NCBI GenBank assembly: GCA_964106645.2
Contig: OZ067045.1
Direction: 5' to 3' (one strand)
DNA: 64,000 nt
From: Podarcis pityusensis
Lineage: Eukaryota
Part shown: positions 24,635 to 35,107 of the stretch, piece by piece
Numbering within the stretch: the first letter of the stretch is position 1
Layout: the number at the start of each line of letters is the position of its first letter
The notes under the pieces: model-generated
Database searches by the model: none
What the model was told of the DNA's origin: nothing
The model's input: the letters and a program-made list of their open reading frames with translations, nothing else
Program-made: the position numbers and the translations under genes

Positions 24635-25694
24635 TATTGGTGGGTGCTATACCACAAGAGACAAGAGCAAGGATCTTCCTCTGGAAAACTCGGGTTATGT
24701 ACACGCTAGCAACTGAAAATGCAGTATCTGTCCCCGTCCCCGTCCCCCCCGCATTTCAAGTAGCATTGCTGTACATGCCAAAGTCGGGGTGGGGGTGTCC
24801 TCACCCAATAAGCATTACCTGCTTGGTTTCTCAGTGTCTGTAACCCTGTCGATTCATGAAATTGTCATCTGAGCATGTGAAATAGCTATTGGTGGTGGTG
24901 GGAATTCTACATGTTAATCAATGGTTTATCATTGCCAACTGATTCCAAATGGTTTCCTTGAACTGGCAAGTGTGAGTGTCTTATTAGTGGTGTTGTTATG
25001 CCGATGCCCCTATTCCACACATGCACAAAGGAGGGCAAAGCACAAGAAGTAGCCTTGATTGAAGATTTAAGCTTGAAAGCTTGTGGGCAAGTGTGTCCAA
25101 GACAAGATGAAGAGTTGCTGAAAAGGTTGCTCTGTGGGCTGGGAAGGAACTTAACACAAGTGCAGGCTTTCCCCCCATGGCTCGCAGAAGCAAATGAGAC
25201 AAAATATCAAACATTGAGAATGGTGCGACAGAGAAAGAATGTTGCAAATTTGCACCACCAACAATGACATTTTCTTACCACATATTCTCTGATACAACAG
25301 AGCAGATTGTGAAAACACTCCATGCTTCTGAAGCCAAGCAGATTCCTTTCTTATCATGGGTGCAGTTATGTTCAGTTTTGTCCAATGGTTACGCCCAAAC
25401 CAGACTAGTAATCAAAATGGAAATTCTTGATACTCACCCTCTTTGCCAAATCCAGTGCTGGCTAACTTGTGCCCCTTCAGGTGTGGCTTGACTCCAACTT
25501 CTTTCACCCTGGCCAGTGGCCATGCTGGTTTGGGCTGCTGGCAGTTGGAGTCCAACCACATTTGGAGGGCTGCAGGGTCTCCATCCCTGGCCTAGTCCCC
25601 TGAAAGGAGAACAACAGCTGAACATATTAAGAAAGGTCTGAGGAAAACCTCTTCAGTTTGCCCTGCACCCGAACACAATGGCAGTGTGACTGGG

Positions 25695-25840
25695 GCACAT
25701 AGCTGCTTCCTGAGTTATGTCATTGGGGTCCCTCTAGCTCAGTATTGTCCAAACTGACTGGCGCTGACTCTCCAGGGTCTCAGATGGGAATATGGGGCCT
25801 TTTACATGGAAAGCAGTGGCTCTGCTCCTGAGTTACCATT
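25695..25840 (-). mobile_element. Degenerate Squam3-type SINE
   Basis: ctagctcagtattgtc...actgactggc...ctctccagggtctcag; similar to 44465-44658. Confidence 0.55.
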
Positions 25841-27204
25841 GAGTAAGAGGAGAACCTGGGCCTCTTCCCTGCAGAAGATGAAAAAAGCCACTTAAGTTCC
25901 CAAAGCAGGATTTGGATTTGGTTGGGAAACCAGAACATTGCAGGAATGTTAGTTTAAAGGCATGATGAAATGGTGGCAGAACACATCAGCCAAAACCATC
26001 ATTCCCACAAGTGTTGTGTTTTCTCTCCAGCCATGTCTTAGCTGTTGTTGTTGGCAGAGAGATGGAAAAATAGAGAGGGGACATTTGGGATGAGGAAAAG
26101 AGCAGCAGCAGCAACAACAACATATTCCTGGAGTAAAAGGAAGATTTAATTAGGTTGTGAGTCGCCTCCAAAAAAAGAGTACTAAAATTAAATGTGAATT
26201 CATAATGGACAGTATTATGGGTAATGAGATGCAAATTGGGCTGGGTTACAGCTTTTAGTGTGCAATTTGCTTTCCCTCTAATTGGGAGAAATGGATCTGG
26301 CCCCAGAAGCCAGGTACTCAAAATGTAAAACAGCCTTGTAGCAAGGAAAGGAGATGCTGCCACTCCAAAACCAAATAGCCAGAGCAACATGAATATTTCA
26401 ATATGACAAAACAGAGCAAACACTAACTTTCTTTTAGCTGAACCTTCAGCCAAGCAAAACAGGCAACACACTCCAGTGCCGTGTGAACAGTGGACGAGGG
26501 TCCATCTAACATGGGGATCTGTTGGGAACAAAGCTGTCCAACACCGTTTCCATTTGGGAATGTTTAACTTACATCCTTCCTTCATAGGGCAAGTCTGCAG
26601 CTAAAGTCAGAAGGCTCAGGAACACAATGAACTCCCCAAGCCACACCTAGCATCTGTTTTGAGGTCAGATAAGTCACTGCAAGTGGTCATTGCCCCGCAT
26701 ATTGTGCAATTTAAAGTGAGCACTAGTCTTGCTGCGAGGCTCAGATATTCTTGGATCCTTCAACATCTATTGAGCAACTGAAGTGGCAATTCTGGGAGCA
26801 GGTCCACGCAGCCTGGGGGGAGGAGACAGCAGCGTATGCTTGCCCCAGGCCTTGGAGGGCTAAACTGACCAGGGGTCCTGCCAGGAGCCTGCTGGACTTA
26901 CACTGTCGTGCCAAGTACAAGACTCCCACCCCGGGCCTCAGACAAGCTCTGCATGGGTCTTTCTGGGAGTAAAACCTACTGAGCTCAATGAGATTGACTC
27001 TTAAGTAAGCATGCACAGGGATTATACTATGAATTTTGTTTATTTCTGTGAGTTGATTTATGGCCAGTATCTCCGTTTTCAGTAAGTGTACACTTGTTTC
27101 TTTAATCCCACCTTGCAAAACTTTTCTAGAAAATATCTCTTTCCTCCCATTAGCAATCAATGGGGGATTTAAGAGAGTTGCACTGTCCATGCAGGAACAA
27201 ACTG

Positions 27205-27560
27205 TCAAAACGCAGTTCATGCACCACATAGTTAAACTATGGAACTCACTTCCACAGGAGGCAGTGAAGGCAACGAATGTGAATGGATTTAAAAGAAGAC
27301 TAGACAAATTCATGAGGAATGAGGCTATCAATGGCTCCTATCCATGATGGCAATATACAACCACCAGTGTCAGATGCAGCAATGCTTCTGAATACTAGTT
27401 ACTGCAGACCATAGGAGGAGAGAGTGCTCTTGTGCTCAGGTCCTGTTTGGGAGGTTTCATTGAGGTCTCTGGCTGACCACAGTGAGAACAAGATGCTGGG
27501 CTAGATGGGGCCCCAGGCCTGATCAGCAGGCTCTTCTTACAGCCTTATGTTATGTTCTTA
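27205..27560 (+). mobile_element. Old CR1 3' fragment
   Basis: Encodes IVKLWNSLPQEAVKATNVNGFKRRLDKFM; 3'UTR ends cagcaggctcttctta. Confidence 0.8.
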
Positions 27561-27844
27561 ATGGGAAGAGTCACAATAAAAATTGTGCTGAACATCACAC
27601 AAGGTTTGGGATGTCCTGCAGAAGCATGCTTGCACCCCATGCTTTTCCCCCAGTGGCCACTGAGCCTGGCATGCCTAAGCTTTTTGCCTCCTCAAAAAGA
27701 AAGCTCCAAGCTTTACATAAGCCTTAACATCATCAAGCCACAAAGAGCAGGACATATTTAACAGTGGACCCACTCTTTGTATTAAGGGGACTTTGGAACA
27801 CAGCAGTGCCTGCGAATATCCTGATCAGCCAGGGAAGCAGAGGC

Positions 27845-27995
27845 AGCCATGAAGTTCACTGTGTGACCTTAAGTCACTCCCTGTCATTCAGCCTAACCTA
27901 CCTCATAAGGTTGCTGTGAGGATTAAATGGGGAGAGGGAGAGGTATGCCACCTTGAGCTCCTTGAAGGAAAGATGGAATATGAGTGTAATAAACA
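27845..27995 (+). mobile_element. CORE/MIR-like SINE fragment
   Basis: tgtgaccttaagtcac...cagcctaacctacctcataaggttgctgtgagg. Confidence 0.6.
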
Positions 27996-28776
27996 TACAG
28001 AAAAGAGAGAGGTGGAAAAATTCAGGTGCTTTCTCTTTGGTTTAAGAGAAATAATTAAAAACAAAGGTTGGCAGCCATTTTAAACATTAAAAAATGGGGT
28101 AAGATCTTGCCATTTAATGTACAAAGCCAGCCCTTCTTTTTGAGGACACCAGAGTCACCTTTCATTTTTATTTCCTGGCACAGCAGGAAGAACGAAACAG
28201 CCTCCCCAAAAGAAGGAACAGCAGCAAGAAAGTCGCCTTTAGTCTCAGGCCCCATCAATTAAAACTTGTTCCCACCAATCAATTCAACCTTTAATTCAAC
28301 CTTTCAACGACTGCATACAACCTCAGCCCTGCAAACAACAAGGCCTAAGGGGAATGTACACTGTGGGCTTTGTCTTTATGTGCCTTGAACAAAAGACCTT
28401 GGAAGAGGAAAACTAAAGAGTAGTGGGGAACATGGAAAACTCCAAGTCATTCTTAGCAAAATATCCTCAGGACACTCGAGAGAGCTGAAATCACAGCCTG
28501 GATTTATTGCTTTGGCACTGATCGATTACTTGAAAGCATTAGGTAGATAAAGAAATTGATTATTCAATAAATCACTGCATGCCCCATGAAAGCAGAGGGT
28601 ATTTTTTTAAATAGGCAGGGGCCAGAGAAATACAAATCTGTAGTGGGCAGGCAAGAAACTCTCCAGCATGGAAGGTGAACAGTGGCCCATCACTTCCCAC
28701 ATGTGTAAAGAGGGAGCCATTATTTTGAATCTTAACACATCTTAACAAGTAACCTTGAAGAAGCTACAATTGGAAA

Positions 28777-28785
28777 GGGGGGGGG

Positions 28786-28830
<45 letters not shown>
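28777..28830. repeat. poly-G plus (GA)n microsatellite
   Basis: Direct inspection. Confidence 0.95.
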
Positions 28831-28832
<2 letters not shown>

Positions 28833-29398
28833 GCTTTGCATGTTCACTTGAGTGCCAACCCCCAGAAAGACATGTGGGCCACACTGGGTGACCTCGGTCA
28901 GAAATTCTCAAATAAAAGGCTTTGAATAAAAGCACAGATTTCTGCCAGAGAATTGCTGCTCCTTGATATGTGGCTAATTGCTGGGTGGGGTGGGGTGTTG
29001 CAAGTGGTGGGAATGTGCCCCCATCTCAGAAACTTGGGAACAGGCACCTTCCACATGACACACCTAGGACACTTTTTAAAGCAGATACGAGATAGCTATG
29101 GCCAACTCTTGTGCTACCCCTATTGCTACCCAGCTTACAGCCAGCTGAGCCCCAGATCTTTTCATCCTCCTGACCTCTCCATCTCCTGGCTTTTGCACTT
29201 TTTTTTTTTTTAACGAGGGGGATGAAGTTGTGAATGTGCTACTGGAGAGATTCCACCCAAGTCCTTTGCCCAGCAAGAGCCAGGACAGAAGCCTCTAGAG
29301 AGTGATGCCTTGCATGCTATTGAGTAAGAAAATAGGCCGCAGGGGAAAGCACTGGGGCACAAATCCAAGCCAAGTCAAAGCTCACAGGTAGGATGCTA

Positions 29399-29568
29399 GC
29401 ATAGGAGCCAACGCCCAGGAGCCAAAAAATATTTGAGGGGGCCGGGCCACCACAAAGTTGATTAGTATTCCCATTCAAATTGTGTGTTTGCACTGCGTCA
29501 CATGATCAATTATGCAGGGCAGGACTTACCTGGACTCCCACAACATTTTATTCAAGTTGGCACCCCTG
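29399..29568. mobile_element. hAT-like MITE; inverted relative at ~2906-3055
   Basis: Ends cataggagccaac / gttggcacccctg; core cccattcaaat is the reverse complement of atttgaatggc at ~2971. Confidence 0.5.
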
Positions 29569-29689
29569 AATACTGGGGGGGGGGGGGAGAGCCCTGCAGC
29601 AGCTGTATCACCACCAAGATCTGCATCCTGTTCTCCCAGTGGTCAACCAATGTGCAGGATCTGAGCACAATAATATAACTGGCATCACC

Positions 29690-29950
29690 TGAGATTCCCA
29701 GCAACCAGTATTACTGCTTCCAACAGTGAAGGTTGAACATAGCAGTGGTGGCTAGCAGCCTCTGAGAATGCTATCTTCTCATCCTCTTTTGAAATCATCC
29801 AAGTTGGTGGCCATCATGATAGCTTGTGGGGGGCCGACTCCATAGTTTAGCTGTTTGAACAAGTCCTTTCTTTTACCTGTCCTGAACCTCCTAACTTTCA
29901 GCTTCCTTGGATGACCCTACTGAGTTCTAGCATTATGAGCGAGGCCTATC
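29690..29950 (-). mobile_element. Old CR1 3' fragment
   Basis: catccaagttggtggccatca...ctccatagtttag, as at 20275-20325. Confidence 0.65.
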
Positions 29951-30557
29951 CACTTTCGCTAGCAAATGCTAGAGGAATGAATGAATAAATGATAGGGGAG
30001 GCAATTCTACCAGGAACATCTACAGAGGAAATCTCTTGCCAAGGGACATGACTTCCTGGGGGACTGTCTTTGATTTTACTCAGAGTAACAGCAATTCATA
30101 TTATATGCTGAAGCTGCAGGCCTGGCCTTGCTTGCCTTGCTGGCTCCAGTAATGGCAGAAAGCATCTACAAAGCTGCAGCAGCGGTGACTCTGGCCTGGG
30201 ACTCAGGGCCCCAGTCTCTTGTCTCTGAGCCACAGGGCTTTTTCCAGCTTCCCTGGTGAGCTCAAGTTCCTCAGCTGCACTTTTCAACTTCCCAAGAGAA
30301 GCCTAAGAAACCAGGGCTGAAAATATCCCCTGCAATGGGTCACCAAGACCTGGTATGCCAACGGTTTCATTTATTTATCTGAAGTGCTAAAATCTCCTAG
30401 CTTTCATCTCAAAGCAGTAATCAGAGAGGGGCAACACCACCCCCTATATTTAGAACACTCTGTTGTGTTTTCATCACCTTCAGATGCAGAAAGTCATGAC
30501 TTTTTTATGCAATGCATCTGAAATATTCTACAGTTGCTGGAAGAACCTGTCTGCCTC

Positions 30558-30923
30558 TGAAATATACTCAGAGTCGAGAGTGGTTTTCATGCTCTTTATT
30601 CAGCTCATAGTGGTGAGGAGGAATGAAAGTTCCCCCAAAATATCTGCTTTATATACATTATTTACACAATGGGCTGCATGTGATTGGCCTACAGGAGAAT
30701 CCCAGAATTTGCCAATCAGGTTGTGGATTCACTTCCACCTGGAGCTGGATTGGGTGGCTCCTCCAAACCAATCAGACTGCTGAATTGTTCTAGGACCAAT
30801 CAGACTGCTGCATTCTGAATCCTATTGTTCTAGGACCAATCAGACTGTTGCATTTTGGATCCTATTGTTCTAGGACCAATCAGAGTGCTGCATTTTGGAT
30901 CCTATTCAACTCATTACATTACA
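30558..30923 (-). mobile_element. Solo LTR, 366 bp, with tandem CCAAT-box repeats
   Basis: TG...CA ends; perfect 5-bp TSD GCCTC (30553-30557, 30924-30928); minus-strand order is CCAAT-rich U3, TATATAAA (30655-30648), AATAAA (30600-30595). Confidence 0.9.
30766..30906. repeat. 40-bp tandem repeat (~3.5 copies) within the LTR U3
   Basis: Unit ttgttctaggaccaatcagactgctgcattttggatccta repeated with few substitutions. Confidence 0.9.
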
Positions 30924-33307
30924 GCCTCCCTCCCTCCCAGTCTCCCCCACACACCCTTCTCAACCCTGTGCTCACACGTTCTCTGCTGCCCTCCTGCCCT
31001 GCCCCCATTTTGCTTCTCTCATCCAAATCTGCTTCCAGACCTCTTCCTACCCAGCTGTTCCCACAGGGCAGCCACGTCCTCCTTTATCCATCATAAAAAA
31101 GACAACTACTTCTGCAAAGCCCTTCCCAGCACCCAGTGCCCCACCTATTTGCTGTGGATTGTAACCCTTCCTTTGTGGCAGCAGAGACTGAGTGGCGCCT
31201 AGAGTCCTCAGCACAAAACAAAATAGCAGCAGCATGGAATGGCATTGCTGTGGTTGCACACGTACCATCTTCCCCCTGAAGCTGTCCACTGGGCTCATCC
31301 TGGGGGCAGAATTAGGGCCAGAATCACAGCTGCATGTGTGCAGGGTGGAAAGTACAGTTAATGCACCTCTAGACCTGCAGATATGCCACACTTTTGTAAT
31401 CTCCCCTCATCCAAGTGGAGAAGCAAGCAGCACAGCATCTTTCAAACTGGGAGGAGGCATGTTTCCTGAGTGCAAGGGGGAATGACAGACTTCGGGGAGG
31501 ACAGATCAGCCTATTTTTGTTTCATGGCAGTTTTGCACAGACTGAGGTTTTAGGTCTGTTCTCTACCACTTTTGCAAATTTTTAAAAATGCTTGTTTTAT
31601 ATGGATTTTATCCTCATACTTTGAGGTTTTTTCTATAATCAAGCAGCATATAAATTTTATGAAATAAAATGAATGAATACTTCCACTGATGTATTTTCAT
31701 TATGCTCTTCAATGCATTTCCCCGTCCAAAAAAACCATTCTTTTTTATACACTTCTATATAAAACATGCATTTCCCCCCTATTTTTGGAAACAAAATTGC
31801 ATTGCAAAATTCAGAGAAATGCACAATCCAGTTGATACCTGTATCCCACATAAGGGTGGGGCTAGCAATTCAGCCCTCTTGCACAGAGAAAGCCTTTTCT
31901 ATTTCCCCCACCCCCACACTGCCATTCATTGATTTACAGCTGCTTCTATATTCCTGATATGGCACAGCAAAAACAAAAACCAAGAAACCATTTGCCAACC
32001 CGGAGGCGGGGGTATGGTGGGGAGGAAATACTCTGAGCATAAAATGCAGTTTTGCATTTTTAAAAAATCACTTAAATAATAGCACCGTCGCAACTAGAGG
32101 GATAAAATGGAGCTGGTGGCTGCTGCCCTTATGCTCAACAAATTTATTTGGGAATAAGCTCTGTTCGGTTGCACAAAAGGACAATATATAAATATCTATA
32201 TTTAAGTGGAAGTAATAAAAAGGGGGGGCCTCCTGCTGCAGTGCCTGGAAACATTACATAAGCCCACTTCCTCCAAGAAGCTCCTCCGGCATGGCCGGGT
32301 GGTGGGATTTAAAATAACTCCCACGACTGCTTTCCCAAGTACTCTAAATTCACTGCAGAATAGTAGCAGGCGAGTCTGATGCCAGGTCCCAGCAGACCTC
32401 CCTAACTCAGCTAAGCTCGTGGCTTATTCCATATTTTATTTACTGTTTTATTGCAAGAGACAAAAGATGACAGCCGTCTATTTATTGAGCGGGAAAACAC
32501 ACAGCCTACATCGGGCATTTCTTTTCGCATCATGTTCCATTTTGGGTGCTTTCGAAACAGGCTGCTTTGGCCCTCTCTCAAATCTGTTGCTTTGAAATTC
32601 CCCCCACCCCAACCCATATATTGGGTCCCCAATGTTCAGCCACAGGGGCTTTACCTGGTGCACAGAGCAACATCCCCACCCTCCACCTCATTGAAAACAG
32701 CCTCGGAAGAAGCCCATAGAAGTCCACATAACTGGTGCTGCAGCGGAGTGGCTTGGCTGCAGAACGCAGCCCATGACACTATCTCCAGTTTGCAAAGATA
32801 CCCACGGACCCCCAAAGCCCATAGCTTTTTTGCAACTCTGGGATAGGGGAGGAAAGCAGCCTCTTTCATTTCCAGAGCAACAGGGAACTCAAGCGGCCCT
32901 GAGCAGCAGCTGCCCACTGCTATTCCCAAGAGGCATTTGGTCTCTGTGAAAGTTGTGTTGATGACAGCTGGATCTGGGAATGAAGAGAGCCCCGCAGGCA
33001 ATAAAGTCCCACCCTACAGGAAGCTCCAAAATGTGTTATTTATAAAACATATTTGTAGCAACTTTCAGCTCAAAAAAGAACCTGTGAGATGGCTTACAAC
33101 AATGGGATAGCTACCCAGTTAAAAAGAGCATTGAAAGCCCAGAGCCAAACAAAATCAGCCCCGTAACAAGACAAAATTTACACACACACACACACAAAAC
33201 TGGAACAAAAATGTATCCATCCCCTGCCTAAAAGACAACAGAGAATGGGTCAGTCTAAGCACCCTGGGGTGGGGCACAGTGGTGGGGGGAGTTGTTTAAT
33301 TCTGGTA

Positions 33308-33656
33308 AGGTAAAGGGACCTCTGACCTTTAGGTCCAGTCGTGGCCGAGTCTGGGGTTGCGGCGTTCCTCTCGCTTTATTGGCCGAGGGAGCCGGCGTAC
33401 AGCTTCTGGGTCATGTGGCCAGCATGACTAAGCCACTTCTGGCGAACCAGAGCAGCGCACGGAAACACAGTTTACCTTCCCGCCGGAGCAGTACCTATTT
33501 ATCTACTTGCACTTTGACATGCTTTCGAACTGCTAGGTTGGCAGGAGCAGGGACCGAGCAACGGGAGCTCACCCCGTCGCAGGGATTCGAATCGCCGACC
33601 TTCTGATTGGCAAGTCCTAGGTCCTGTGGTTTAACCCACAGCGCCACCCGCATCCC
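33308..33656 (-). mobile_element. Full-length Sauria SINE (Squam1)
   Basis: Minus head gggatgcgggtggcgctgtgggttaaacc, B box ggttcgaatccc-like, tail acctttacc; 13-bp TSD TTTAATTCTGGTA (33295-33307, 33661-33673). Confidence 0.92.
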
Positions 33657-33705
33657 AGTATTTAATTCTGGTACTGCCACCCAAAAAGCCCTACCCCAAC
33701 CACTG

Positions 33706-33848
33706 CCCTTGAAGGATAGCTCTGTTGGTAGAGCATGAGACTCCTAATCTCAAGGCCATGGGTTTGAAGCCCCACATTGAGCAAAAGATTCCTGCATTGC
33801 AGGGGGTTGGACTGGATGATGCTTGTGGTCCCTTCCAACTCTATGATG
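33706..33848 (+). mobile_element. tRNA-Lys-derived SINE with CR1 3' tail (lacertid POM/P.s.1-type)
   Basis: ggatagctctgttggtagagcatgagactcctaatctc...ccccacattg (tRNA-Lys CTT-like) fused to gggttggactggatga...cccttccaactctatgat (CR1 end). Confidence 0.8.
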
Positions 33849-35088
33849 GACAACAAGCCTCAGATGACCACAGCTGAGAGGCAAGTTCATGTGGGAAGTG
33901 AAGAAGCAGCCCAAAACCCTCAGTTGGGTGACTGGTTAACCACATTCTGATTTTCATTATTGTTAATTTTATGTTAGAAAAACAGGCTTCTGGATCTCAG
34001 GGTTGCAGATAACTCTTTGGAAACCATTCAGACCAAATCTCTAGCTGTCAACCTCTCAATAGCCTGACTGTTCAAAGTTTATCCCTGTCCAGACCTGAAG
34101 CCTGAGGTCTCCTCAGAGAAGGAGCATGAGGAGCAGAACCCTTCAGCAGATCTCTAAACCCAGTGATGCTGAGGAACCATCAGACCTGGACATTCTTGAC
34201 ACCAGCTGCCTGGATTAAATAGTGATCCCTCCAAACCAGGATTGCAAGCATGGATAATGTATGACTGTGGAAGATCAGAAGAAGCATGGCCAGATTTATA
34301 ATGGTGCAAATGGTACAATTGTAATGGCCCATGCCTGCAAGTGGGCCTAGACACTTGAGCTTTCGGGGGGGGGGGGAGCCTTTCCCCATACTAGAAGGAA
34401 AGTTATGAAGCAAAATGTGCAGGCACCCCCCTAAGCAATTTGGGTGAGATAAGCCAGCCTGGCTGCTCCTGTTGAGTTTTTATGAGTGAAGTCAGAACTG
34501 TGATTGATGAATGAGATATTTTGGACACCAGGCGATAGGAATTCCTGTGGTCCTAAAGAGCTACTGCTTTCCTTTCCCCTATAAAATTAAAAGAGCAAAA
34601 AATAAAAGTAAATAAATAATCTGCAAAATGTGCAACATGTGAGCTGTACCTAGTTTCTCTCACCAGTTATATTATTATTCTTTTTTATCAGTAAGGAAAA
34701 GAGGGAAAACATTTCTTTGGGGGTGGAAACACATGAAAACAAAGGCAGTTGCCAGTGGCATAGAAGCACATTAAAACCTTTTGCCAACAAGATAATGATG
34801 ATGATTACGATGATGACTGCAAAAATATCATGGAGAAGTGTGACATTATGCAATTCCTATTTAAGCGTATCCTGTGGACACTCTGCTCTTTTGGGTTTCC
34901 CTGCCTGTCTCTCCAAGGATGCACCAGAAATCCTGCTGGCTCAGTAGACTCCAGATGGTGAAAGAGGGTGGAAGTTCACCACACCCCTTAAAAGCAACAA
35001 GAAGCATCATTCAGCAACTGCAAAGGGAATCTGGCAGGTAAAGGTAGGAGGGTGGAAATCAGGACACATGTTAAGCGTCCTCAAAGCA

Positions 35089-35107
35089 CAGCGCCCTCTG
35101 CTGACCA
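35089..35107 (-). promoter_or_regulatory. CTCF motif
   Basis: Minus strand TGGTCAGCAGAGGGCGCTG matches 13/14 positions of CCASYAGRKGGCRS, in non-repetitive sequence. Confidence 0.55.

Noticed and set aside
24998-25491. Consecutive plus-strand ORFs of 89 and 75 aa
   Set aside because: No recognisable homology or splice signals; lengths are compatible with chance.
30766-30906. CRISPR-like periodic repeat
   Set aside because: Head-to-tail 40-bp units with no unique spacers, inside a vertebrate LTR.
33706-33783. tRNA-Lys gene
   Set aside because: Mutated stems and anticodon loop, fused to a CR1 tail: a SINE head.
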